From NCBI GenBank assembly GCA_024225395.1, contig JAAEMR010000105.1, forward strand, positions 5,562 through 69,561: a stretch of 64,000 nucleotides of DNA. The letters are read 5' to 3'. A program made the translations under genes and the position numbers. Source of the DNA: Gammaproteobacteria bacterium (GTDB lineage Bacteria > Pseudomonadota > Gammaproteobacteria > GCA-001735895). The notes beneath the pieces are model-generated. The model worked only from the letters and a program-made list of their open reading frames with translations. It searched no databases and was not told the origin of the DNA. Below are positions 46,296-55,397 of the stretch, in pieces (within the stretch, counting starts at the first letter, position 1; the number at the start of each line of letters is the position of its first letter).

Positions 46296-46607
46296 CTATT
46301 TTTCGTCTTCGGTTTCAACTTCTCCGGACCAGCCTGAGGCACGTGCTTTTTCCATTGCTTCACCATGAAACTTTTGATGACGTTCAAACAATTCATGCGG
46401 CAGGTGACTCACCAGGCAACCGTACTTATCCCACTCTTTATTGACCTTATCGAGTAAAGCATCGACACCAGCAAAGTTCCAGCCTTCACAGGTTTCTGTT
46501 TCATCGATCAAGTCAAATACCCAGGCATCACGAATGATTTTTCCTATTGTGGTCATACCACCATTAACATCGTTATCAATGCCAACGTATTTATCAGGTC
46601 TAGCCAT
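46296..46607 (-). CDS. Conserved-looking hypothetical protein between cbbS and cbbQ
   Basis: 103-aa acidic ORF, co-oriented, with GKIIRDAWVF..I.ETETC.GW and YGCLVSHLP. Confidence 0.7.
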   Translation of the reverse strand: MARPDKYVGIDNDVNGGMTTIGKIIRDAWVFDLIDETETCEGWNFAGVDALLDKVNKEWDKYGCLVSHLPHELFERHQKFHGEAMEKARASGWSGEVETEDEK

Positions 46608-46696
46608 TTTGAATACTCAATACAGTAAAAATTATGATTCTATTAACGCCGATCCGACTTCCTGTCTCTCTCGGCATACAGTATATCCCTATACAT

Positions 46697-46735
46697 AAAA
46701 AGCCCCTGACCAATAAAATCAGGGCAGAGGCTTTT
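46697..46735 (-). terminator. Probable terminator after cbbS
   Basis: Minus strand GCCCTGA...TCAGGGGC stem followed by TTTTT, just after the cbbS stop. Confidence 0.6.
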
Positions 46736-46760
46736 AAGCGATACCGATTATCCCGTGTGC

Positions 46761-47120
46761 TTAAACAGCAACACCACGGTAGATAACCATCGCTGCACCA
46801 GCAGACTGGGCAAAGTTATCAAAACCCATTAAACGGATATGATTGTTCGGATGGGCTTTCTTACAGTTGTCCAGCTCTTCCAGAATAGTGTCAACATTGT
46901 CTTCACCAAACATAGGCAGTTTCCACATGTACCAGAAGTTGCCAGACGCATTATCAGGTTCTGTGTGCTCAATACCCGGGTTCCAGCCTTTATCAACAAT
47001 ATACTGAATTTGAGCGCGAGTAGACTCTGCTGTCAGTGGCGGCAGGTATGAAAAAGTTTCGAACTTACGGCTTGCATCCGCATCGCTCAGACTTGATTTG
47101 TAATCTTGTACATCACTCAT
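46761..47120 (-). CDS. cbbS: RuBisCO small subunit, form IA
   Basis: [33 protein letters not shown]. Confidence 0.97.
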   Translation of the reverse strand: MSDVQDYKSSLSDADASRKFETFSYLPPLTAESTRAQIQYIVDKGWNPGIEHTEPDNASGNFWYMWKLPMFGEDNVDTILEELDNCKKAHPNNHIRLMGFDNFAQSAGAAMVIYRGVAV

Positions 47121-47160
47121 GTGATTTACTCCTGTTTAAATTTAATTTAGTAATCATGAA

Positions 47161-47257
47161 GTGTTAAATAGTGCGATCTGGCAAGGCGCGAAAAGGTGAG
47201 TGTATTAGAAATACACGATCCTTTTCAGCAACGCCGCCAGAGCGCGCTAAATGACAC
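47161..47257. repeat. ~100-bp palindromic element between cbbL and cbbS
   Basis: GTGTTAAATAGTGCGATCTGGCAAGGCG ... CAACGCCGCCAGAGCGCGCTAAATGACAC outer arms, with inner GAAAAGG/CCTTTTC and GTGTATT/AATACAC pairs. Confidence 0.55.
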
Positions 47258-47258
47258 T

Positions 47259-48677
47259 TTATTTGTGAGCAACGTCGATTTTATCGACTGTATCGAATTC
47301 GAACTTGATCTCTTTCCAGGTGTCCATAGCAGCACCCAGTTCCGGGCTATGCCTGGCAGCGGCAGTCAGAATGTCCTTACCTTCTTTCTCAAGCTCACGA
47401 CCCTGGTTACGAGCCTCAACACAGGCTTCAACCGCAACACGGTTAGCAGCAGCGCCAGCAGCGTTACCCCAGGGATGACCCAGCGTACCACCACCGAACT
47501 GCAGTACAGAATCGTCACCGAAAATGCTAACCAGAGCAGGCATGTGCCATACGTGGATACCACCAGAAGCAACAGGGATTACGCCAGGCATTGAACCCCA
47601 GTCCTGATCGAAGAAGATACCGCGTGAACGATCTTCTTTAATGTATGAATCACGCATGATGTCGATCCAGCCCAGAGTCGCGTCACGGTCGCCTTCCAGC
47701 TTACCCACAACCGTACCAGAGTGCAGATGATCACCACCAGACAGACGTAATACCTTAGTCAGTACGCGGAAGTGAATACCGTGGTGCGGGTTACGATCAA
47801 GAACCGCATGCATGGCGCGGTGAATGTGTAACAGCATACCGTTATCCTGGCACCATTGGGCCAGCTGAGTATTTGCTGATAAACCACCGGTCAGGTAATC
47901 ATGCATGATGATAGGTGCACCGATTTCTTTTGCATATTCAGCACGCTTCATCATTTCGTCAGAAGTAGGGGCTGTAACGTTCAGGTAGTGACCTTTACGC
48001 TCACCCGTTTCAGCTTCAGCCTTCTGGATAGCTTCCATAACGAAATCAAAGCGATGTCTCCAACGCATGAATGGCTGAGAGTTAACATTCTCATCATCTT
48101 TAGTGAAGTCTAAACCACCGCGTAGACCTTCGTAGCAGGCACGACCGTAGTTCTTGGCAGACAGACCCAGCTTAGGCTTGATAGTACAACCCAGCATAGG
48201 ACGGCCATATTTATTCATGATGTCACGCTCAACCTGGATACCTTGCGGTGGTCCATTACAGGTCATAACATAAGCAACCGGGAAACGAATATCTTCTAAA
48301 CGCAGTGCACGTAATGCTTTGAAACCAAATACATTACCCACCAGTGAAGTCAGTACGTTTACCACTGAACCTTCTTCAAACAGATCAATCGGGTAAGCAA
48401 CAAAAGCATAGAAACATGTGTCATCGCCGGGTACGTCTTCGATCGCATAAGCACGACCTTTGTAGTAATCCAGATCAGTCAGCAGGTCAGTCCATACTGT
48501 TGTCCAGGTACCCGTTGAAGATTCTGCGGCAACCGCTGCTGCAACTTCTTCACGTGGAACGCCTTCCTGTGGAGTAATTTTAAAACAGGCCAGAAGATCT
48601 GTATCTTTCGGAGTGTATTCCGGCATCCAATAAGTTTCGCGGTATTCTTTTACACCCGCATCATAGACTTTTGCCAT
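47259..48677 (-). CDS. cbbL: RuBisCO large subunit, form IA (IAq context: cbbQO, no carboxysome genes)
   Basis: [40 protein letters not shown]. Confidence 0.98.
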   Translation of the reverse strand: MAKVYDAGVKEYRETYWMPEYTPKDTDLLACFKITPQEGVPREEVAAAVAAESSTGTWTTVWTDLLTDLDYYKGRAYAIEDVPGDDTCFYAFVAYPIDLFEEGSVVNVLTSLVGNVFGFKALRALRLEDIRFPVAYVMTCNGPPQGIQVERDIMNKYGRPMLGCTIKPKLGLSAKNYGRACYEGLRGGLDFTKDDENVNSQPFMRWRHRFDFVMEAIQKAEAETGERKGHYLNVTAPTSDEMMKRAEYAKEIGAPIIMHDYLTGGLSANTQLAQWCQDNGMLLHIHRAMHAVLDRNPHHGIHFRVLTKVLRLSGGDHLHSGTVVGKLEGDRDATLGWIDIMRDSYIKEDRSRGIFFDQDWGSMPGVIPVASGGIHVWHMPALVSIFGDDSVLQFGGGTLGHPWGNAAGAAANRVAVEACVEARNQGRELEKEGKDILTAAARHSPELGAAMDTWKEIKFEFDTVDKIDVAHK

Positions 48678-48941
48678 TTTCTTAGCACCTCTATAGGTTT
48701 ATTTATGAGCCGAAGCTCGCTTAATTTCAGACTGTTAAACAGTCCATTACTGAAGTTATCTTCAATTCGACTCACACATATCATCTATCCATAAGTCAAA
48801 AAAAATGAAACTTTTCACCCCGATTAGATGTGGTTTTACAACCGGCTAATCAGGAAAGACCCGCACTATAATCATGAAAAATCATTTATAATAATTATAT
48901 TTTGTTATAAAATTCATTTACTTTTGTTTATGGTTGAAGCA

Positions 48942-49862
48942 ATGCATCTGACATTACAGCAATTGAAACTCTTCGAAGCAGTCTCAAGAAACAGAAGCTA
49001 CACTAAAGCAGCTGAAGAATTACACCTGACCCAACCAGCTGTTTCGATACAGATAAAACGCCTGGAAGATCAGGCCGGCCTACCCCTGTTTGAACAGGTT
49101 GGAAAAAAAATTTTTTCTACTGCTGCTGGTGAAATCATGTATCGGGCCAGTAGGGACATCCTGTCCAGAGTGGAGGAATTAAAAATTTCACTGGATGAAA
49201 TAGAGGGTGTAGTGAAAGGGCCTTTACAGGTAGCAGTGGTTACCACCACTAAATATTTTATGCCGCACCTGTTAGGGAAATTCCTGCTAGATTATCCTGA
49301 CGTAGAACCCAAATTTAAATTCACCAACAGGGCTCGCGTAGTAGATCGTTTAATGAATAACGAAGATGACTTTGTCGTTATGGGACAAATACCAAAAGAT
49401 AAAAACCTTGAAACTTATCCATTTTTAAATAATGTTTTATGCATGGTCGCGCCCCCCTCCCACGCTCTTGCCAACAAAAAAAACATTACTCTCAAGGAAT
49501 TGACTGGTGAGCGCTTCCTGGGAAGAGAAGCAGGATCGGGTACGCGACTGGTTTTTAATAGATTACTGGCTGCCAATGATCTTCACATTGAACCCTACAT
49601 GGAACTTGGTAGTAGTGAAGCGATAAAACAGGGCGTCATGGCTGGCCTTGGAGTAGCTGTTTTATCCATGCATGCTATTCAGCTAGAACTGAATGCAGGT
49701 AAAATATGCATTTTGAATGTTAATGATTTTCCAATTAAACGTCGTTGGTATGCAGTTCATTTAAAAGGCAAAAAACTTTCCCTGGTCGCAAGAACATTCC
49801 TCGACTATATTCTTGCCAGAAGTCCAGAAATTCTTAGTCTGGATAGTGAAAAAGTAAAGTGA
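48942..49862 (+). CDS. cbbR: LysR-type regulator CbbR
   Basis: MHLTLQQL..F..V....SYTKAAEELHLTQPAVS, REAGSGTR, LGSSEAIKQ; divergent from cbbL; ATG at 48942 preferred to 48828. Confidence 0.9.
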   Translation: MHLTLQQLKLFEAVSRNRSYTKAAEELHLTQPAVSIQIKRLEDQAGLPLFEQVGKKIFSTAAGEIMYRASRDILSRVEELKISLDEIEGVVKGPLQVAVVTTTKYFMPHLLGKFLLDYPDVEPKFKFTNRARVVDRLMNNEDDFVVMGQIPKDKNLETYPFLNNVLCMVAPPSHALANKKNITLKELTGERFLGREAGSGTRLVFNRLLAANDLHIEPYMELGSSEAIKQGVMAGLGVAVLSMHAIQLELNAGKICILNVNDFPIKRRWYAVHLKGKKLSLVARTFLDYILARSPEILSLDSEKVK

Positions 49863-50140
49863 CCATCAGCCTGGATTAGAGATTGCTGATTAGATTGGCA
49901 GAATATCCAGATACTAGTCATTAATATTTCGGAGCTATCAGGCAAGTCAGTGCAAATAAAAAAGTCCCCGCCGCAAGCGGACGGAGTATTTAGTAGAATA
50001 CGCTGCTTCGCTTAACTACATGTTTATTCGCAGTATGTAGCTCATTAATCGATTGATAGAATGATTTTATAGGGAAATGCAGCTGGTTTCCTCCTCCAGC
50101 TATTTTAATCATCAAATTATTAATCTGGATTAAGACGAGG

Positions 50141-50165
50141 GTTACATTTCGTTACATTTCGTTAC
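50141..50165 (+). promoter_or_regulatory. Tandem OmpR-family binding site (RstA/CpxR-box-like)
   Basis: GTTACATTTC-GTTACATTTC-GTTAC with 10-bp periodicity; contains TACATTTCGTTACA, which fits the RstA box TACATNTNGTTACA. Confidence 0.6.
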
Positions 50166-50234
50166 GCTGTTGAAAAGCTTGTTACAGGCTTAAGTCTTAC
50201 AGTTTCTCCTGTAAACATTAACTGGAGAAACAAC

Positions 50235-50705
50235 ATGAAAAAGTTTAGTAAAATTATTATCGTGAGCGCTTTAACCCTGGGTTTAGCCGGTGGAGCTTTT
50301 GCATTCGGTTCACACCATTATTTTTTATCAATGAGCATGCAGGAAAAAGCTGATATGTTTAGTGATCATGTTTCTAAACGGCTTGATTTAAATGTCGTCC
50401 AGGAAGACAAACTTGATCAATTGACAGGTCGTGTCGCTACTATCATGCAGCAGGTAAAACAAAATCGTGAATCTCATCAGCAGTTTCTGGATCAGTTGAT
50501 TACTGATCAGCCACTGGATCAGGCTGAACTGTTAGCTAAAATCAATCAAAAAACAGCCGTGGTTAATGATAATGCTCCTGAAATGGTAGGTTTGCTGGCA
50601 GAGTTTGTGGACTCTCTAAATGCGGACCAGAAAGCAGAGATTAAGGCCATGATCGAAAAGAGAAGAGGGCATCGTTCTGGCCGCAATGGTGGCTGGTCAG
50701 ATTAA
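50235..50705 (+). CDS. Spy/CpxP-like periplasmic protein
   Basis: Signal peptide; LDLNVVQ and SLNADQK (LTxxQ-like) motifs; helical; upstream of a two-component system. Confidence 0.7.
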   Translation: MKKFSKIIIVSALTLGLAGGAFAFGSHHYFLSMSMQEKADMFSDHVSKRLDLNVVQEDKLDQLTGRVATIMQQVKQNRESHQQFLDQLITDQPLDQAELLAKINQKTAVVNDNAPEMVGLLAEFVDSLNADQKAEIKAMIEKRRGHRSGRNGGWSD

Positions 50706-50719
50706 AGCTATGTGTATAG

Positions 50720-50754
50720 CACTTGCCAGTTAATTCTGGCGAGTGTTTCGTTTT
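50720..50754 (+). terminator. Stem-loop / weak terminator after the spy-like gene
   Basis: CACTTGCCAG-TTAATT-CTGGCGAGTG followed by TTTCGTTTT. Confidence 0.45.
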
Positions 50755-50771
50755 ATCTTTAAAATGTCACC

Positions 50772-51449
50772 ATGAAGAAGCTATTTCTTATCGATGATGA
50801 TGAACGTCTGGCAGAGCCACTCAAAACTTTTTTCAAGCAATATGACTTTGAATTATTGAGTGAGACCCATCCACTGAAGGCTATTGAATTTCTGCGTAGC
50901 CAGAGCGTTGAGCTGGTTATTCTGGATGTCATGCTGCCCGACATAGACGGATTTGAAACTTGCCGTCGTATTCGGCACTTTTCTAATATCCCGATTCTGA
51001 TGTTGACTGCCCGGGGTGATGTGATGGACAGGGTGGTAGGTCTTGAACTGGGTGCGGATGATTACCTGCCTAAACCCTTTGAGCCACGTGAGCTGGTGGC
51101 AAGAATTCAGAATATTCTTAAACGCTCAAACTGTCAGTCAGTAATAACTGATGAACTATTGTTTGACGGACTGACTATTCATCAGCCATCACAGTCAGTG
51201 AAAAAAGATAACCAGCTGGTTGATTTAACGTCTGCTGAATATCGGCTATTACTTTTGTTAGCGAATCAGCCTGACAGGGTGTTTAGTCGGGACGATATCA
51301 TGCTGGAGCTTAATGGTATCGATGCTGATATTTATAGTCGGGCTATTGATATTTTGATTAGCCGGTTGCGGCAGAAATTGAAACCACTCGACGTTATCAA
51401 AACGATTCGATCTCGAGGCTATCAATTTGTTTTACAGCCAGGAGCGTAG
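50772..51449 (+). CDS. OmpR-family response regulator
   Basis: IDDD, LDVMLP, GADDYLPKPF, winged-helix RAIDILISRLRQK. Confidence 0.93.
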   Translation: MKKLFLIDDDERLAEPLKTFFKQYDFELLSETHPLKAIEFLRSQSVELVILDVMLPDIDGFETCRRIRHFSNIPILMLTARGDVMDRVVGLELGADDYLPKPFEPRELVARIQNILKRSNCQSVITDELLFDGLTIHQPSQSVKKDNQLVDLTSAEYRLLLLLANQPDRVFSRDDIMLELNGIDADIYSRAIDILISRLRQKLKPLDVIKTIRSRGYQFVLQPGA

Positions 51450-51452
51450 GGC

Positions 51453-52745
51453 ATGTTAAAACAATTTAGAAAATCCCTGATTACCCGGTTGATAATGTAT
51501 TTCCTGATAGCCGGATTTTTGTTTGTGCTGTTATTTGCGGTGAATATTTCACATGGCCTTAAGGTGCATTTCAAACAGGAAATTTTACCAAATATTGCTC
51601 AGTATCTGGAGTATGTGACTGAGGATATTGGCTCACCACCGAATTTGCATAAAGCCGGTCAGCTTACTCAAAACCTGTCTTTTGAATTGAGTATTCGTGG
51701 TGCTGATTTGAACTGGAAATCCAGCAGCAATATACCCGAAATCAATCAATTACAGCTGGAACAGGGGCCTGAACCCTATCAAAAATATAAAATCGCGCAT
51801 TATCTCGAGCATAACTATGTATTGCTTCAGTTTGGTGATTATGAGTATTTGTATGTCATTGGAAAACCCTTTAAAGGTTCAAGGCATATACGAAGTCTGG
51901 GTTTGATTTTGATCATAATCTTTTCCCTGCTGGTTCTATTTTATTTAATTAGATCAAGCCTGAAACCGTTGAAGGTGATTGGGACCGGGGTCAAAAATAT
52001 TGCCGCTGGTGACCTCGACAGCCCGATAGTGGTCAATCAGACGACTGAATTTGATCGGCTGGCTAAAGGCATCAATGACATGGCCTTTCAAATAAAATCC
52101 ATGCTGGAAGGCAAACAACAATTGCTGCTGGCAATTAGCCATGAGTTACGTTCACCATTAACTCGAGCTAAGGTGAATCTGGCTTTACTGGAAGAAAGCC
52201 CGGGCACACTGGCTTTACAGGAAGATATTAATGAAATGGAAGCGTTAATCAGTCAGATTCTGGAATCTGAGAGGCTTAACCAGCGTCATGCGGTATTGAA
52301 TAAATCTGAGTTTTATCTGGATAAGCTGGTTGAAGAAGTGATCAATTTATATTTTCCTGAAGCTGGAATTAGCTGTGAACTTGAACCGCTGAAACTTACA
52401 GCTGATAAAACTCGAATTATTCTGCTGATCAAGAACCTGGTAGATAACGCGATTAAATATACAGAGCAGGGAGGTCAACCTCCAGTGGTGCGGGTTTATG
52501 CCAAAAATTCTATCATTATCGTTGAAGTCAAAGATTACGGTTGTGGTATAGAGACTTCTGAGCTTGAAAAAATTACCCAGGCTTTTTACCGTATTGATAA
52601 AGCCCGTCAGCGTAGCACCGGTGGTTTTGGTCTGGGTCTTTACCTGTGCCAGCTCATCGTATCGGTTCACCATGCAACCATGAATATCAGTTCCGGGCAG
52701 CAGGCCGGAACCCTGGTTAAAGTCGGATTTCCGCAAATTAATTAA
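51453..52745 (+). CDS. HAMP-domain sensor histidine kinase (CpxA/RstB-like)
   Basis: Two TM segments, HAMP, ISHELRSPL, NLVDNAIKY, DYGCG, GFGLGL. Confidence 0.92.
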   Translation: MLKQFRKSLITRLIMYFLIAGFLFVLLFAVNISHGLKVHFKQEILPNIAQYLEYVTEDIGSPPNLHKAGQLTQNLSFELSIRGADLNWKSSSNIPEINQLQLEQGPEPYQKYKIAHYLEHNYVLLQFGDYEYLYVIGKPFKGSRHIRSLGLILIIIFSLLVLFYLIRSSLKPLKVIGTGVKNIAAGDLDSPIVVNQTTEFDRLAKGINDMAFQIKSMLEGKQQLLLAISHELRSPLTRAKVNLALLEESPGTLALQEDINEMEALISQILESERLNQRHAVLNKSEFYLDKLVEEVINLYFPEAGISCELEPLKLTADKTRIILLIKNLVDNAIKYTEQGGQPPVVRVYAKNSIIIVEVKDYGCGIETSELEKITQAFYRIDKARQRSTGGFGLGLYLCQLIVSVHHATMNISSGQQAGTLVKVGFPQIN

Positions 52746-52795
52746 TACCTGAGTATATTAGTCAGGAATAATACTTGACCAAAATAGTCGGAATT
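52745..52795 (+). promoter_or_regulatory. Two tandem type-1 IscR binding sites
   Basis: ATACCTGAGTATATTAGTCAGGAAT (52745-52769) and ATACTTGACCAAAATAGTCGGAATT (52771-52795) resemble ATASYYGACTRWWWYAGTCRRSTAT; directly upstream of the iscR-like gene. Confidence 0.7.
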
Positions 52796-52834
52796 GTATA
52801 CTGACCCTACTTTAAACAAGCTTATGGTTTTATT

Positions 52835-53263
52835 ATGCGTTTATCGACAAAAAGTAGATACGCCGTGACTTCTCTTCTCGATATGGTTATGAATTCAGAT
52901 AAAGGTCCTGTTTCACTAGCTGAAATTTCAAAGCGGCAGGGTATATCACTGTCTTACCTGGAACAGTTGTTTGCAAAAATGAGACGTAATAACCTGGTGG
53001 TCAGTACACGAGGTCCGGGTGGTGGCTATAGTTTAAGTGCAGCTCCTGAAGAAGTTAGTATTTCGGATATTATTTGTGCCGTCGATGAAAAAGTGGAAGT
53101 GACGAACAAAGATGCACTGGTTGGAAGCGCTGCCTACGAACCCTGCCTGACGGAACAGTTATGGGAAGAATTAAGTGATCAGATTTCAACCTATCTAACC
53201 AATATATCGCTGGCAGACATGATAAAAAATCAGCCGGAAACCGCAGTGATTGTGAAGCATTAA
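52835..53263 (+). CDS. iscR: Rrf2-family regulator, IscR-like
   Basis: MRLSTKSRYAV, GISLSYLEQLF, STRGPGGGY; first gene of the isc cluster. Confidence 0.85.
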   Translation: MRLSTKSRYAVTSLLDMVMNSDKGPVSLAEISKRQGISLSYLEQLFAKMRRNNLVVSTRGPGGGYSLSAAPEEVSISDIICAVDEKVEVTNKDALVGSAAYEPCLTEQLWEELSDQISTYLTNISLADMIKNQPETAVIVKH

Positions 53264-53284
53264 TTTTTAAAAGCTGAATTCAAC

Positions 53285-54439
53285 ATGTCTATTTACCTGG
53301 ATCATAATTCATCAGCTCCGTTGCACCCCGAGGTGCTTGAAGAGATGCTGCCTTTTCTTAAATCGACTCATGGCAATGCATCGAGTTTACATCAACGCGG
53401 TCGATTTTTACGCAGTGCCATTGAAACAGCGCGCTCCAGGGTGGCTGAACTGGTCAATTGCAGTCCTGAAAATATCATCTTTACCAGTGGTGGTACCGAG
53501 GCTAATAATTTTGCCTTGAAGGGATTTCTGGAAATGGGGCAGCAAAGCTCGCTAATGAGTAGTCAAATTGAACATGCCAGTGTGCTGCATCCGCTGCAAC
53601 AGGTTAAACAGGCTGGATGTGCCACTCAACTTCTACCATGTACCAATGATGGAAAAATAGATGTTGAGGAAAGTTTGGCGCTGATACAGCAGCACTCTCC
53701 TGACCTTCTTTCACTTCAACTGGCTAATAATGAAACGGGTGTTATTCAACCTGTTGAGCAATTAGCTCGATTTGCTCATAAAAGTGGTGTGAAAATTGTA
53801 CATACCGATGCGACTCAGGCCGTTGGAAAAGTAAAGGTTGATATGCAACAGTTAGATGTCGATATGATGACATTATCCGGGCATAAATTTCAGGGGCCGC
53901 AATCCGTTGGAGCGCTAATCGTTAAGTCGGCAGGTGTGAAATCGCCGTTACTCAGTGGTGGATTTCAGGAGTCTGCAAACCGTGCAGGAACTGAAAGCGT
54001 GGCTAATTTGGCAGGATTAGGCAAGGCAGCTCAACTGGCTGCAATAAAATTACAGGAAAGACATTCATATCTGCTAGAATTGCGCCGCTATTTTGAGCAG
54101 CAACTAGCAGAGATAACTGGAGTGGAGATTTTTGGAGCGAATTCTGAAAGACTTCCGAATACCAGTTTTTTTGCGATTCCCTATTACCACGGGGAAACAT
54201 TGCTGATGCAACTGGACAAAGCTGGTTTTGAATTAGCCAGTGGTTCAGCATGCCATAGCGAAGTGACTTTACCCAGTCATGTTCTTTCTGCCATGGGCAT
54301 AGATGAAGATCTGGCGTTAAATGCGGTGAGAGTGAGCTTTGGTATGGACAATACGCGACAGCAAGTCGATCAGCTGATCGCTACTTTAAATGATTTGATT
54401 AATCAGTTACCCGCTGTCATGAGACAGGTCGCTATATAA
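53285..54439 (+). CDS. iscS: Cysteine desulfurase (IscS/NifS group I family)
   Basis: YLDHN, FTSGGTEANN, ANNETG, HTDATQ, SGHK (PLP lysine), SGSAC catalytic Cys. Confidence 0.8.
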   Translation: MSIYLDHNSSAPLHPEVLEEMLPFLKSTHGNASSLHQRGRFLRSAIETARSRVAELVNCSPENIIFTSGGTEANNFALKGFLEMGQQSSLMSSQIEHASVLHPLQQVKQAGCATQLLPCTNDGKIDVEESLALIQQHSPDLLSLQLANNETGVIQPVEQLARFAHKSGVKIVHTDATQAVGKVKVDMQQLDVDMMTLSGHKFQGPQSVGALIVKSAGVKSPLLSGGFQESANRAGTESVANLAGLGKAAQLAAIKLQERHSYLLELRRYFEQQLAEITGVEIFGANSERLPNTSFFAIPYYHGETLLMQLDKAGFELASGSACHSEVTLPSHVLSAMGIDEDLALNAVRVSFGMDNTRQQVDQLIATLNDLINQLPAVMRQVAI

Positions 54440-54482
54440 ATCCGGGATTTGGATTTATATACTAATTGAGGAGTTTTAGATT

Positions 54483-54806
54483 ATGGCTATTAACTTAACT
54501 GAAAAAGCAGCAGAAAGAGTAAAAGGTTTTTTGCACAGTAGAGGCAAAGGTCTGGGCCTGAGAATTGGCATTAAAACGACCGGCTGTTCCGGCATGGCTT
54601 ACGTGCTTGAGTTTGTTGACGATGTCAATGATGACGATGAAGTGTTCGAAAGCCAGGGTGTGAAGGTTATTATCGACCCCAAGAGCATGGTTTACCTGGA
54701 TGGAACAAAAGTAGACTTTGCTAAAGAAGGGCTGAATGAAGGTTTTCAATTTATTAATCCGAATGCCAAAGACGAGTGTGGCTGTGGTGAGAGTTTTACC
54801 GTTTAG
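54483..54806 (+). CDS. iscA: Fe-S assembly protein IscA
   Basis: TTGCSGMAY and ECGCGESF. Confidence 0.95.
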   Translation: MAINLTEKAAERVKGFLHSRGKGLGLRIGIKTTGCSGMAYVLEFVDDVNDDDEVFESQGVKVIIDPKSMVYLDGTKVDFAKEGLNEGFQFINPNAKDECGCGESFTV

Positions 54807-54817
54807 ACGTTATTATT

Positions 54818-55360
54818 ATGCAAGTTGATATCACCCAAAATTATTTTGAGCTTTTCGGAGTTCCGGTTGATTTTCATCTGGACAAAGATGTTTTACATGC
54901 TGCTCATCTGAAGTTACAGGCTGCCTTTCATCCTGATCGATTTATTAATGGTACTGAACAGGAAAAACGTCTGGCGGTTCAAAAGGCTGCGTGGATCAAT
55001 GAAGCCTACGAAGTGTTAAAAAACCCGGTTAAACGAGCTCGATATATGCTGGAAGTGAGTGGTCTTGAAATGAATGATGACCATGAAACAACATCTGATA
55101 CTGCATTTTTGATAGAACAAATTGAATTACGCGAAGAAATGGACGAATGTCGTAGTTGCAAGGATCCCATGCGTTGTTGTGATCATATCACCGGTAAACT
55201 GGATCAACGTTCTAAGGAGTTTTCAACCAGTTTCATCTCTCTTTATCAACAGGGTTACCTGGAACAGGCTCGTCAGGTCAGCAAGAAAATGCAATTTGTT
55301 GAACGCATACTTGAGCAGATTGATGAGTACCAGTTAGAACTCGAAGACGATATTCTCTAA
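54818..55360 (+). CDS. hscB: Fe-S co-chaperone HscB
   Basis: NYFELF, HPD J-domain motif, INEAY..LK.P..RA.Y, FL.EQ.ELRE. Confidence 0.93.
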   Translation: MQVDITQNYFELFGVPVDFHLDKDVLHAAHLKLQAAFHPDRFINGTEQEKRLAVQKAAWINEAYEVLKNPVKRARYMLEVSGLEMNDDHETTSDTAFLIEQIELREEMDECRSCKDPMRCCDHITGKLDQRSKEFSTSFISLYQQGYLEQARQVSKKMQFVERILEQIDEYQLELEDDIL

Positions 55361-55397
55361 AAGTCACTCTCAAAGACCTTTAATTTAGATTTAGTTT

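Noticed and set aside
47196-47594. 132-aa plus-strand ORF
   Set aside because: Antisense to the 3' end of cbbL
48828-48941. N-terminal extension of CbbR
   Set aside because: AT-rich divergent promoter DNA; the LysR HTH begins at ATG 48942
49863-50140. GC-rich hairpin-like stretch after cbbR as a riboswitch or sRNA
   Set aside because: Only a short imperfect stem with no recognisable family motif
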